Shown: positions 15,001 through 30,000 of the stretch, piece after piece
How positions within the stretch are numbered: position 1 is the stretch's first letter
How the letters are laid out: each line of letters opens with the position of its first letter
Origin: Octopus vulgaris
Taxonomy: Eukaryota
Direction of reading: 5' to 3'
DNA length: 64,000 bases
Assembly: GCA_951406725.2 (NCBI GenBank)
Contig: OX597830.1
Location: forward strand, 1,860,001 to 1,924,000
Program-made: the position numbers and the translations under genes
The notes under the pieces: generated by a model
What the model was told of the DNA's origin: nothing
The model's input: the letters and a program-made list of their open reading frames with translations, nothing else
Databases searched by the model: none

Positions 15001-18000
15001 GCAAAGAATTCAAATTTGATTGCAAAATTCAAATTTGATTCAAAATTCAAATTTGATTGCAAAGAATTCAAATTTGATTGCAAAGAATTCAAATTTGATT
15101 GCAAAGAATTCAAATTTGATTGCAAAGAATTCAAATTTGATTGCAAAGAATTCAAATTTGATTGCAAAGAATTCAAATTTGATTGCAAAATATTCAAATT
15201 TGATTGCAAAGAATTCAAATTTGATTGCAAAGAATTCAAATTTGATTGCAAAGAATTCAAATTTGATTGCAAAGAATTCAAATTTGATTGCAAAGAATTC
15301 AAATTTGATTGCAAAGAATTCAAATTTGATTGCAAAGAATTCAAATTTGATTGCAAAGAATTCAAATTTGATTGCAAAGAATTCAAATTTGATTGCAAAG
15401 AATTCAAATTTGATTGCAAAGAATTCAAATTTGATTGCAAAGAATTCAAATTTGATTGCAAAGAATTCAAATTTGATTGCAAAGAATTCAAATTTGATTG
15501 CAAAGAATTCAAATTTGATTGCAAAGAATTCAAATTTGATTGCAAAGAATTCAAATTTGATTGCAAAAGAATTCAAATTTGATTGCAAAGAATTCAAATT
15601 TGATTGCAAAGAATTCAAATTTGATTGCAAAAGAATTCAAATTTGATTACTGAAAAATCAAATTTGATTGCAAAGAATTCAAATTTGATTGCAAAGAATT
15701 TAATTTTGATTGCAACGAATTCAAATTTGATTGCAACGAATTTAAATTTGATTGCAATGAATTCAAATTTGATTGCAAAGAATTCAAATTTGATTGCAAA
15801 GAATTCAAATTTGATTGCAAAGAATTCAAATTTGATTGCAAAGAATTCAAATTTGATTGCAAAGAATTCAAATTTGATTGCAAAGAATTCAAATTTGATT
15901 GCAAAGAATTCAAATTTGATTGCAAAGAATTCAAATTTGATTGCAAAGAATTCAAATTTGATTGCAAAGAATTCAAATTTGATTGCAAAGAATTCAAATT
16001 TGATTGCAAGAAATTTGATTGCAAAGAATTCAAATTTGATTGCAAAGAATTCAAATTTGATTGCAAAGAATTCAAATTTGATTGCAAAGAATTCAAATTT
16101 GATTGCAAAGAATTCAAATTTGATTGCAAAGAATTCAAATTTGATTGCAAAGAATTCAAATTTGATTGCAAAGAATTCAAATTTGATTGCAAAGAATTCA
16201 AATTTGATTGCAAAGAATTCAAATTTGATTGCAAAGAATTCAAATTTGATTGCAAAGAATTCAAATTTGATTGCAAAGAATTCAAATTTGATTGCAAAGA
16301 AAAATTCAAATTTGATTGCAAAGAATTCAAATTTGATTGCAAAGAATTCAAATTTGATTGCAAAGAATTCAAATTTGATTGCAAAGAATTCAAATTTGAT
16401 TGCAAAGAATTCAAATTTGATTGCAAAGAATTCAAATTTGATTGCAAAGAATTCAAATTTGATTTCAAATTTGATTGCAAAGAATTCAAATTTGATTGCA
16501 AAGAATTCAAATTTGATTGCAAAGAATTCAAATTTGATTGCAAATTTGATTGAATTCAAATTTGATTGCAAAGAATTCAAATTTGATTGCAAAGAATTCA
16601 AATTATGATTGCAAAGAATTCAAATTTGATTGCAAAGAATTCAAATTTGATTGCAAAGAATTCAAATTTGATTGCAAAGAATTCAAATTTGATTGCAAAG
16701 AATTCAAATTTGATTGCAAAGAATTCAAATTTGATTGCAAAGTAATTCAAATTATGATTGCAAAGAATTCAAATTTGATTGCAAAGAATTCAAATTTGAT
16801 TGCAAAGAATTCAAATTTGATTGCAAAGTAATTCAAATTTGATTGCAAAGTATTCAAATTTGATTGCAAAGAATTCAAATTTGATTGCAAAGTATTCAAA
16901 TTTGATTGCAAAGAATTCAAATTTGATTGCAAAGAATTCAAATTTGATTGCAAAGAATTCATATTTGATTGCAAAGAATTCAAATTTGATTGCAAAGAAT
17001 TCAAATTTGATTGCAAAGAATTCAAATTTGATTGCAAAGTATTCAAATTTGATTGCAAAGAATTCAAATTTGATTGCAAAGAATTCAAATTTGATTGCAA
17101 AGAATTCAAATTTGATTGCAAAGAATTCAAATTTGATTGCAAAGAATTCAAATTTGATTGCAAAGAATTCAAATTTGATTGCAAAGAATTCAAATTTGAT
17201 TGCAAAGAATTCAAATTTGATTGCAAAGAATTCAAATTTGATTGCAAAGAATTCAAATTTGATTGCAAAGAATTCAAATTTGATTGCAAAGAATTCAAAT
17301 TTGATTGCAAAGAATTCAAATTTGATTGCAAAGAATTCAAATTTGATTGCAAATGAATTCAAATTTGATTGCAAAGAATTCAAATTTGATTGCAAAGAAT
17401 TCAAATTTGATTGCAAAGAATTCAAATTTGATTGCAAAGAATTCAAATTTGATTGCAAAGAATTCAAAATTTGATTGCAAAGAATTCAAATTTGATTGCA
17501 AAGAATTCAAATTTGATTGCAAAGAATTCAAATTTGATTGCAAAGAATTCAAATTTGATTGCAAAGAATTCAAATTTGATTGCAAAGAATTCTAATTTGA
17601 TTGCAAAATTAAATTTGATTGCAAAGAATTCAAATTTGATTGCAAAGAATTCAAATTTGATTGTAAAGAATTCAAATTTGATTGCAAAGAATTCAAATTT
17701 GATTGGAAAGAATTCAAATTTGATTGCAAAGAATTCAAATTTGATTGCAAAGAATTCAAATTTGATTGCAAAGAATTCAAATTTGATTGCAAAGAATTCA
17801 AATTTGATTCCAAAAAATTCAAATTTGATCGGTAAGAATTTAAATTTGATGGCAAATAATTCAAATTTGATTGCAAAGAATTCAAATTTGATTGCAAAGA
17901 ATTCAAATCTGATTGCAAAGTATTCAAATTTGATTGCAAAGAATTCAAATTTGATTGCAAAGAATTCAAATTTGATTCCAAAGAATTCAAATTTGATTGC

Positions 18001-21000
18001 AAAGAATTCAAATTTGATGGCAAATAATTCAAATTTGATGGCAAATAATTCAAATTTGATTGCAATGATTTCAAATTTGATTGCAAAAATTCAAATTTGA
18101 TTGCAAAGAATTCAAATTTGTTTGCAAAGAATTCAAATTTGATTGCAAAGAATTCTAATTTGATTGCAAAGAATTCAAATTTGATTGCAAAGAATTCAAA
18201 TTTATTGGAAAGAATGCAATATTGATTGCAAATAATTCAAATTTGATTGCATCGAATTCAAATTTGATTGCAAAGAATTCAAATTTGATTGCAAAGAATT
18301 CAAATTCAATTTGATTGCAAAGAATTCAAATTTGATTGCAAAGAATTCAAATTTGATTGCAAAGAATTCAAATTTGATTGCAAAGAATTCAAATTTGATT
18401 GCAAAGAATTCAAATTTGATTGCAAAGAATTCAAATTTGATTGCAAAGAATTCAAATTTGATTGCAAAGAATTCAAATTTGATTGCAAAGAATTCAAATT
18501 TGATTGCAAAGAATTCAAATTTGATTGCAAAGAATTCAAATTTGATTGCAAAGAATTCAAATTTGATTGCAAAGAATTCAAATTTGATTGCAAAGAATTC
18601 AAATTTGATTTGCAAGAATTCAAATTTGATTGCAAAGAATTCAAATTTGATTGCAAAGAATTCAAATTTGATTGCAAAGAATTCAAATTTGATTGCAAAG
18701 AATTCAAATTTGATTGCAAAGAATTCAAATTTGATTGCAAAGAATTCAAATTTGATTGCAAAGAATTCAAATTTGATTGCAAAGAATTCAAATTTGATTG
18801 CAAAGAATTCAAATTTGATTGCAAAGAATTCAAATTTGATTGCAAAGAATTCAAATTTGATTGCAAAGAATTCAAATTTGATTGAAAGAATTCAAATTTG
18901 ATTGCAAAGAATTCAAATTTGATTGCAAAGAATTCAAATTTGATTGCAAAGAATTCAAATTTGATTGCAAAGAATTTTGATTGCAAAGAATTCAAATTTG
19001 ATTGCAAAGAATTCAAATTTGATTGCAAAGAATTCAAATTTGATTGCAAAGAATTCAAATTTGATTGCAAAGAATTCAAATTTGATTGCAAAGAATTCAA
19101 ATTTGATTGCAAAGAATTCAAATTTGATTGCAAAGAATTCAAATTTGATTGCAAAGAATTCAAATTTGATTGCAAAGAATTCAAATTCAAATTTGATTGC
19201 AAAGAATTAAATTTGATTGCAATGAATTCAAATTTGATTGCAAAGAATTCAAATTTGATTGCAAAGAATTCAAATTTGATTGCAAAGAATTCAAATTTGA
19301 TTGAAAAATTCAAATTTGAATTCAAATTTTTGATTGCAAAGAATTCAAATTTGATTGCAAAGAATTCAAATTTGATTGCAAAGAATTCAAATTTGATTGC
19401 AAAGAATTCAAATTTGATTGCAAAGAATTCAAATTTGATTGCAAAGAATTCAAATTTGATTGCAAAGAATTCAAATTTGATTGCAAAGTATTCAAATTTG
19501 ATTGCAAAAATTCAAATTTGATTGCAAAGAATTCAAATTTGATTGCAAAGAATTCAAATTTGATTGCAAAAATTCAAATTTGATTGCAAAGAATTCAAAT
19601 TTGATTGCAAAGAATTCAAATTTGATTGCAAAGAATTCAAATTTGATTGCAAAGAATTCAAATTTGATTGCAAAGAAGTCAAATTTGATTGCAAAGAATT
19701 CAAATTTGATTGCAAAGAATTCAAATTTGATTGCAAAGAATTCAAATTTGATTGCAAAGAATTCAAATTTGATTGCAAAGAATTCAAATTTGATTGCAAA
19801 GAATTCAAATTTGATTGCAAAGAATTCAAATTTGATTGCAAAGAATTCAAATTTGATTGCAAAGAATTCAAATTTGATTGCAAAAATTCAAATTTGATTG
19901 CAAAGAATTCAAATTTGATTGCAAAGAATTCAAATTTGATTGCAAAGAATTCAAATTTGATTGCAAAGAATTCAAATTTGATTGCAAAGAATTCAAATTT
20001 GATTGCAAAGAATTCAAATTTGATTGCAAAGAATTCAAATTTGATTGCAAAGAATTCAAATTTGATTGCAAAGAATTCAAATTTGATTGCAAAGAATTCA
20101 AATTTGATTGCAAAGAATTCAAATTTGATTGCAAAGAATTCAAATTTGATTGCAAAGAATTCAAATTTGATTGCAAAGAATTCAAATTTGATTGCAAAGA
20201 ATTCAAATTTGATTGCAAAGAATTCAAATTTGATTGCAAAGAATTCAAATTTGATTGCAAAGAATTCAAATTTGATTGCAAAGAATTCAAATTTGATTGC
20301 AAAGAATTCAAATTTGATTGCAAAGAATTCAAATTTGATTGCAAAGAATTCAAATTTGATTGCAAAGAATTCAAATTTGATTGCAAAGAATTCAAATTTG
20401 ATTGCAAATTTGAATTCAAATTTGATTGCAAAGAATTCAAATTTGATTGCAAAGAATTCAAATTTGATTGCAAAGAATTCAAATTTGATTGCAAAGAATT
20501 CAAATTTGATTGCAAAGAATTCAAATTTGATTGCAAAGAATTCAAATTTGATTGCAAAGAATTCAAATTTGATTGCAAGAATTCAAATTTGATTGCAAAG
20601 AATTCAAATTTGATTGCAAAAAATTCAAATTTGATTGCAAAGAATTCAAATTTGATTGCAAAGAATTCAAATTTGATTGCAAAGAATTCAAATTTGATTG
20701 CAACGAATTCAAATTTGATTGCAACGAATTTAAATTTGATTGGAAAGAATTCAAATTTGATGGCAAAGAATTCAAATTTGATTGCAAAGAATTCAAATTT
20801 GATTGCAAAGAATTCAAATTTTGATTGCAAAGAATTCAAATTTGATTGCAAAGAATTCAAATTTGATTGCAAAGAATTCAAATTTGATTGCAAAGAATTC
20901 AAATTTGATTGCAAAGAATTCAAATTTGATTTGCAAAGAATTCAAATTTGATTGCAAAGAATTCAAATTTGATTGCAAAGAATTCAAATTTGATTGCAAA

Positions 21001-24000
21001 GAATTCAAATTTGATTGCAAAGAATTCAAATTTGATTGCAAAGAATTCAAATTTGATTGCAAAGAATTCAAATTTGATTGCAAAGAATTCAAATTTGATT
21101 GCAAAGAATTCAAATTTGATTGCAAAGAATTCAAATTTGATTGCAAAGAATTCAAATTTGATTGCAAAGAATTCAAATTTGATTGCAAAGAATTCAAATT
21201 TGATTGCAAAGAATTCAAATTTGATTGCAAAGAATTCAAATTTGATTGCAAAGAATTCAAATTTGATTGCAAAGAATTCAAATTTGATTGCAAAGAATTC
21301 AAATTTGATTGCAACGAATTCTAATTTGATTGCAAAGAATTCAAATTTGATTGCAAAGAATTCAAATTTGATTGCAAAAAATTCAAATTTGATTGCAAAG
21401 AATTCAATTTTGATTGCAAGAATTCAAATTTGATTGCAAAGAATTCAAATTTGATTGCAAAGAATTCAAATTTGATTGCAAAAATTCAAATTTGATTGCA
21501 AAGAATTCAAATTTGATTGCAAAGAATTCAAATTTGATTGCAAAGAATTCAAATTTGATTGCAAAGAATTCAAATTTGATTGCAAAGAATTCAAATTTGA
21601 TTGCAAAGAATTCAAAATTGCAAGAATTCAAATTTGATTGCAAAGAATTCAAATTTGATTGCAAAGAATTCAAATTTGATTCAAATTCAAATTTGATTGC
21701 AAAGAATTCAAATTTGATTGCAAAGAATTCAAATTTGATTGCAAAGATTTTGATTGCAAAGAATTCAAATTTGATTGCAAAGAATTCAAATTTGATTGCA
21801 AAGAATTCAAATTTGATTGCAAAGAATTCAAATTTGATTGCAAAGAATTCAAATTTGATTGCAAAGAATTCAAAATTCAAATTTGATTGCAAAATTCAAA
21901 TTTGATTGCAAAGAATTCAAATTTGATTGCAAAGAATTCAAATTTGATTGCAAAGAATTCAAATTTGATTGCAAAGAATTCAAATTTGATTGCAAAGAAT
22001 TCAAATTTGATTGCAAAGAATTCAAATTTGATTGAATTCAAATTTGATTGCAAAGAATTCAAATTTGATTGCAAAGAATTCAAATTTGATTGCAAAGTAT
22101 TCAAATTTGATTGCAAAGAATTCAAATTTGATTGCAAAGAATTCAAATTTGATTGCAAAGAATTCAAATTTGATTGCAAAGAATTCAAATTAATTTGATT
22201 GCAAAGAATTCAAATTTGATTGCAAAGAATTCAAATTTGATTGCAAATTCAAATTTGATTGCAAAGAATTCAAATTTGATTGCAAAGAATTCAAATTTGA
22301 TTGCAAAGAATTCAAATTTGATTGCAAAGAATTCAAATTTGATTGCAAAGAATTCAAATTTGATTGCAAAGAATTCAAATTTGATTGCAAAGAATTCAAA
22401 TTTGATTGCAAAGAATTCAAATTTGATTGCAAAGAATTCAAATTTGATTGCAAAGAATTCAAATTTGATTGCAAAGAATTCAAATTTGATTGCAAAGAAT
22501 TCAAATTTGATTGTCAAAGTTAATTCAAATTTGATTGCAAAGAATTCAAATTTGATTGCAAAGAATTCAAATTTGATTGCAAAGAATTCAAATTTGATTG
22601 CAAAGAATTCAAATTTGATTGCAAAGAATTCAAATTTGATTGCAAAGAATTCAAATTTGATTGCAAAGAATTCAAATTTGATTGCAAAGAATTCAAATTT
22701 GATTGCAAAGAATTCAAATTTGATTGCAAAGAATTCAAATTTGATTGCAAAGAATTCAAATTTGATTGCAAAGAATTCAAATTTGATTGCAAAGAATTCA
22801 AATTTGATTGCAAAGAATTCAAATTTGATTGCAAAGAATTCAAATTTGATTGCAAAGTATTCAAATTTGATTGCAAAGAATTCAAATTTGATTGCAAAAA
22901 TTCAAATTTGATTGCAAAGAATTCAAATTTGATTGCAAAGAATTCAAATTTGATTGCAAATTATTCAAATTTGATTGCAAAGAATTCAAATTTGATTGCA
23001 AAGAATTCAAATTTGATTGCAAAGAATTCAAATTTGATTGCAAAAAATTCAAATTTGATTGCAAAGAATTCAAATTTGATTGCAAAGAATTTAAATTTGA
23101 TTGCAAAGTATTCAAATTTGATGAAAGAATTCAAATTTGATTGCAAAGAATTCAAATTTGATTGCAAAGAATTCAAATTTGATTGCAAAGAATTCAAATT
23201 TGATTGCAAAGAATTCAAATTTGATTGCAAAGTATTCAAATTTGATTGCAAAGAATTCAAATTTGATTGCAAAGAATTCAAATTTGATTGCAAGAATTCA
23301 AATTTGATTGCAAAGAATTCAAATTTGATTGAAAGAATTCAAATTTGATTGCAAAGAATTCAAATTTGATTGCAAAGAATTCAAATTTGATTGCAAAGAA
23401 TTCAAATTTGATTGCAAAGAATTCAAATTTGATTGCAAAGAATTCAAATTTGATTGCAAAGAATTCAAATTTGATTGCAAAGAATTCAAATTTGATTGCA
23501 AAGAATTCAAATTTGATTGCAAAGTATTCAAATTTGATTGCAAAGAATTCAAATTTGATTGCAAAGAATTCAAATTTGATTGCAAAGAATTCAAATTTGA
23601 TTGCAAAGAATTCAAATTTGATTGCAAAGAATTCAAATTTGATTGCAAAGAATTCAAATTTGATTGCAAAGAATTCAAATTTGATTGCAAAGAATTCAAA
23701 TTTGATTGCAAAGAATTCAAATTTGATTGCAAAGAATTCAAATTTGATTGCAAAGATTCAAATTTGATTGCAAAATTCAAATTTGATTGCAAAGAATTCA
23801 AATTTGATTGCAAAGAATTCAAATTTGATTGCAAAGAATTCAAATTTGATTGCAAAGAATTCAAATTTGATTGCAAAGAATTCAAATTTGATTGCAAAGA
23901 ATTCAAATTTGATTGCAAAGAATTCAAATTTGATTGCAAAGAATTCAAATTGATTGCAAAGAATTCAAATTTGATTGCAAAGAATTCAAATTTGATTGCA

Positions 24001-27000
24001 AAGAATTCAAATTTGATTGCAAAGAATTCAAATTTGATTGCAAAGAATTCAAATTTGATTGCAAAGAATTCAAATTTGATTGCAAAGTATTCAAATTTGA
24101 TTGCAAAGAATTCAAATTTGATTGCAAAGAATTCAAATTTGATTGCAAAGAATTCAAATTTGATTGCAAAGAATTCAAATTTGATTGCAATGAATTCAAA
24201 TTTGATTGCAAAGAATTCAAATTTGATTGCAAAGAATTCAAATTTGATTGCAAAGAATTCAAATTTGATGGCAAAGAATTCTAATTTGATTGCAAAGAAT
24301 TCAAATTTGATTGCAAAGCATTCAAATTTGATTGTAAAGAATTCAAATTTGATTGCAAAGAATTCAAATTTGATTGCAAAGAATTCAAATTTGATTGCAA
24401 AGAATTCAAATTTGATTGCAAAGAATTAAATTTGATTGCAAAATTCAAATTTGATTGCAAAGAATTCAAATTTGATTGCAAAGAATTCAAATTTGATTGC
24501 AAAGAATTCAAATTTGATTGCAAAGAATTCAAATTTGATTGCAAAGTCAAATTTGATTGCAAATAATTCAAATTTGATTGCAAAGAATTCAAATTTGATT
24601 GCAAAGAATTCAAATTTGATGCAAAGAATTCAAATTTGATTGCAAAGAATTCAAATTTGATTGCAAGAATTCAAATTTGATTGCAAAAATTGCAAATTTG
24701 ATTGCAAAGAATTCAAATTTGATTTCAAAAGAATTCAAATTTGATTAAATTCAATTGATTCAAAGAATTCAAATTTGATTGCAAAGAATTCAAATTTGAT
24801 TGCAAAGAATTCAAATTTGATTGCAAAGAATTCAAATTTGATTGCAAAGAATTCAAATTTGATTGCAAAATTTTAAATTCAAATTTATTGCAAAAATTCA
24901 AATTTGATTGAATTCAATTGATTGAAAGAATTCAAATTTGATTGCAAAGAATTCAAATTTGATTGCAAAGAATTCAAATTTGATTGCAAAGAATTCAAAT
25001 TTGATTGCAAAGAATTCAAATTTGATTGCAAAGAATTCAAATTTGATTGCAAAGAATTCAAATTTGATTGCAAAGAATTCAAATTTGATTGCAAAGAATT
25101 CAAATTTGATTGCAAAGAATTCAAATTTGATTGCAAAGAATTCAAATTTGATTGCAAAGAATTCAAATTTGATTCAAATCAATTTGATTGCAAAGAATTC
25201 AAATTTGATTGCAAAGAATTCAAATTTGATTGCAAAGAATTCAAATTTGATTGCAAAGAATTCAAATTTGATTGCAAAGAATTCAAATTTGATTGCAAAG
25301 AATTCAAATTTGATTGCAAAGAATTCAAATTTGATTGCAAAGAATTCAAATTTGATTGCAAAGAATTCAAATTTGATTGCAAAGAATTCAAATTTGATTG
25401 CAAAGAATTCAAATTTGATTACAAAGAATTCATATTTGATTGCAAAGAATTCAAATTCGATTGCAAAGAATTCAAATTTGTTTGCAAAGAATTCAAATTT
25501 GTTTGCAAAGTATTCAAATTTGATTGCAAAGAATTCAAATTTGATTGCAAAGAATTCAAATTTGATTGCAAAGAATTCAAATTTCATTGCAAAGAATTCA
25601 AATTTGATTGCAAATGAATTCAAATTTGATTGCAAAGTATTCAAATTTGATTGCAAAGAATTCAAATTTGATTGCAAAGAATTCAAATTTGATTGCAAAG
25701 AATTCAAATTTGATTGCAAAGAATTCAAATTTGATTGCAAAGAATTCAAATTTGATTGCAAAGAATTCAAATTTGATTGCAAAGAATTCAAATTTGATTG
25801 CAATGAATTCAAATTTGATTGCAAAGAATTCAAATTTGATTGCAAAGAATTCAAATTTGATTGCAAAGTATTCAAATTTGATTGCAAAGAATTCAAATTT
25901 GATTGCAAAGTATTCAAATTTGATTGCAAAGAATTCAAATTTGATTGCAAAGAATTCAAATTTGATTGCAAAGAATTCAAATTTGATTGCAAAGAATTCA
26001 AATTTGATTGCAAAGAATTCAAATTTGATTGCAAAGAATTCAAATTTGATTGCAAAAAATTCAAATTTGATTGCAAAGAATTCAAATTTGATTGCAAAGA
26101 ATTCAAATTTGATTGCAAAGAATTCAAATATGATTGCAAAGAATTCAAATTTGATTGCAAAGAATTCAAATTTGATTGCAAAGAATTCAAATTTGATTGC
26201 AAAGTATTCAAATTTGATTGCAAAGAATTCAAATTTGATTGCAAAGTTTTCAAATTTGATTGCAAAGAATTCAAATTTGATTGCAAAGAATTCAAATTTG
26301 ATTGCAAAGAATTCAAATTTGTTTGCAAAGAATTCAAATTTGATTGCAAAGAATTCAAATTTGATTGCAAAGAATTCAAATTTGATTGCAAAGAATTCAA
26401 ATTTGATTGCAAAGAATTCAAATTTGATTGCAAAGAATTCTAATTTGATTGCAAAGAATTCAAATATGATTGCAAAGAATTCAAATTTGATTGCAAAGAA
26501 TTCAAATTTGATTGCAAAGAATTCAATTTTGATTGCAAAGAATTCAAATTTGATTGCAAAGAATTCAAATTTGATTGCAAAGAATTCAAATTTGATTGCA
26601 AAGAATTCAAATATGATTGCAAGAATTCAAATTTGATTGCAAAGAATTCAAATTTGATTGCAAAGTATTCAAATTTGATTGCAAAGAATTCAAATTTGAT
26701 TGCAAAGAATTCAAATTTGATTGCAAAGAATTCAAATTTGATTGCAAAGAATTCAAATTTGATTGCAAAGAATTCAAATTTGATTGCAAGAATTCAAATT
26801 TGATTGCAAAGAATTCAAATTTGATTGCAAAGAATTCAAATTTGATTGCAAAGAATTCAAATTTGATTGCAAAGTATTCAAATTTGATTGCAAAGTATTC
26901 AAATTTGATTGAAAAGAATTCAAATTTGATTGCAAAGAATTCAAATTTGATTGCAAAGAATTCAAATTTGATTGCAAAGAATTCAAATTTGATTGCAAAG

Positions 27001-30000
27001 AATTCATATTTGATTGCAAAGAATTCAAATTTGATTGCAAAGAATTCAAATTTGTTTGCAAAGAATTCAAATTTGTTTGCAAAGTATTCAAATTTGATTG
27101 CAAAGAATTCAAATTTGATTGCAAAGAATTCAAATTTCATTGCAAAGAATTCAAATTTGATTGCAAAGTATTCAAATTTGATTGCAAAGAATTCAAATTT
27201 GATTGCAAAGTATTCAAATTTGATTGCAAAGAATTCAAATTTGATTGCAAAGAATTCAAATTTGATTGCAAGTTATTCAAATATGATTGCAAAGAATTCA
27301 AATTTGATTGCAAAGAATTCAAATTTGATTGCAAAGAATTCAAATTTGATTGCAAAAAATTCAAATTTGATTGCAAAGAATTCAAATTTGATTGCAAAGA
27401 ATTCAAATTTGATTGCAAAGTATTCAAATATGATTGCAAAGAATTCAAATTTGATTGCAAAGAATTCAAATTTGATTGCAAAGAATTCAAATTTGATTGC
27501 AAAGAATTCAAATTTGATTGCAAAGAATTCAAATTTGATTGCAAAGTTTTCAAATTTGATTGCAAAGAATTCAAATTTGATTGCAAAGAATTCAAATTTT
27601 ATTGCGAAGAATTCAAATTTGTTTGCAAAGAATTCAAATTTGATTGCAAAGTATTCAAATTTGATTGCAAAGAATTCAAATTTGATTGCAAAGTATTCAA
27701 ATTTGATTGCAAAGTATTCAAATTTGATTGCAAAGAATTCAAATTTGATTGCAAAGTATTCAAATTTGATTGCAAAGAATTCAAATTTGATTGCAGGGAA
27801 TTCTAATTTGATTGCAAAGAATTCATATTTGATTGCAAAGAATTCAAATTCGATTGCAAAGAATTCAAATTTGTTTGCAAAGAATTCAAATTTGTTTGCA
27901 AAGTATTCAAATTTGATTGCAAAGAATTCAAATTTGATTGCAAAGAATTCAAATTTCATTGCAAAGAATTCAAATTTGATTGCAAAGTATTCAAATTTGA
28001 TTGCAAAGAATTCAAATTTCATTGCAAAGTATTCAAATTTGATTGCAAAGAATTCAAATTTGATTGCAAAGAATTCAAATTTGATTGCAAGTTATTCAAA
28101 TATGATTGCAAAGAATTCAAATTTGATTGCAAAGAATTCAAATTTATTTGCAGAGAATTCAAATTTGATTGCAAAGAATTCAAATTTGATTGCAAAGAAT
28201 TCAAATTTGATTGCAAAGAATTCAAATTTGATTGCAATGAATTCAAATTTGATTGCAAAGAATTCAAATTTGATTGCAAAGAATTCAAATTTGATTGCAA
28301 AGAATTCAAATTTGATTGCAATGAATTCAAATTTGATTGCAAAGAATTCTAATTTGATTGCAAAGAATTCAAATTTGATTGCAATGAATTCAAATTTGAT
28401 TGCAAATAATTCTTATTTGATTGCAAAGAATTCAAATTTGATTGCAAAGAATTCAAATTTGATGGCAAAGAATTCTAATTTGATTGCAAAGAATTCAAAT
28501 TTGATGCAAAGAATTCAAACTTGATTGTAAAGAATTCAAATTTGATTGCAAAGAATTCAAATCTGATTGGAAAGAACTCAAATTTGATTGCAAAGAATTC
28601 AAATTTGATTGCAAAGAATTGAAATTTGATTGCAAAGTATTCAAATTTGATGGCAAAGAATTCAAATTTGATTCCAAAGAATTGAAATTTGATCGGTAAG
28701 AATTTAAATTTGATGGCAAATAATTCAAATTTGATTGCAAAGAATTCAAATTTGATTGCAAAGAATTCAAATTTGATTGCAAAGAATTCATATTTGATTG
28801 CAAAGTATTCAAATTTGATTGCAAAGAATTCAAATTTGATTCCAAAGAATTGAAATTTGATCGGTAAGAATTTAAATTTGATTGCAAATAATTCAAATTT
28901 GATGGCAAATAATTCAAATTTGATGGCATTGATTTCAAATTTGATTGCAAAAATTCAAATTTGATTACAAAGAATTTTAATTTGTTTGCAAAGAATTCAA
29001 ATTTGATTGCAAAGAATTCTAATTTGATTGCAAAGAATTCAAATTTGATTGCAAGGAATTTTAAATTGATTGCAAAGAATTCAAATTTGATTGCAAAGAA
29101 TTTTAAATTGATTGCAAAGAATTCAAATTTGATTGCAAAGAATTTTTATTTGATTGCAAAGAATTCAAATTTGATTGCAAAGAATTCAAATTTGATTGCA
29201 AAGAATTCAAATTTGATGGCAAAGAATTCTAATTTGATTGCAAAGAATTCCAATTTGATTGCAAAGAATTCAAATTTTATTGCAAAGAATACTAATTTGA
29301 TTGCAAAGAATTCAAATTTGATTGTAAAGAATTCAAATTTGATGGCAAAGAATTCTAATTTGATTGCAAACAATTCAAATTTGATTGAAAAAAATTCAAA
29401 TTTGATTGCAAAGAATTCAAATATGATTGCAAAGTATTCAAATTTGATTGCAAAGAATTCAAATTTGATTGCAAAGAATTCAAATTTGATTGCAAAGAAT
29501 TCAAATTTGATTGAAAAGTTTTCAAATTTTATTGCAAAGAATTCAAATTTGATTGCAAAGAATTCAAATTTCATTGCAAAGAATTCAAATTTGATTGCAA
29601 TGAATTCAAATTTGATTGCAAAGAATTCAAATTTGATTGCAAAGAATTCAAATTTGATTGCAAAGAATTCAAATTTGATTGCAAAGAATTCAAATTTGAT
29701 TGCAAAGAATTCAAATTTGATTGCAAAGAATACAAATTTGATTGCAAAGAATTCAAATTTGATTGCGAAGAATTCAAATTTGAGTGCAAAGAATTCAAAT
29801 TTGATTGCAAAGTAATTCAAATTTGATGGCAAAGAATTCAAATTTGATTGCAAAGAATTCAAATTTGATTGCAAAGAATTCAAATTTGATTGCAAAGAAT
29901 TCAAATTTGATTGGAAAGAATTCAAATTTGATTGCAAAGTATTTAAATTTGATTGCAAAGAATTCAAATGTGATGGCAAAGTATTCAAATTTGATTGCAA

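Noticed and set aside
14880-28950. Minus-strand (LQSNLNS)n ORFs with ideal coiled-coil Leu spacing
   Set aside because: The frame is repeatedly stopped by the common tct variant wherever the array is well resolved. It is long only in the probably collapsed consensus zone.
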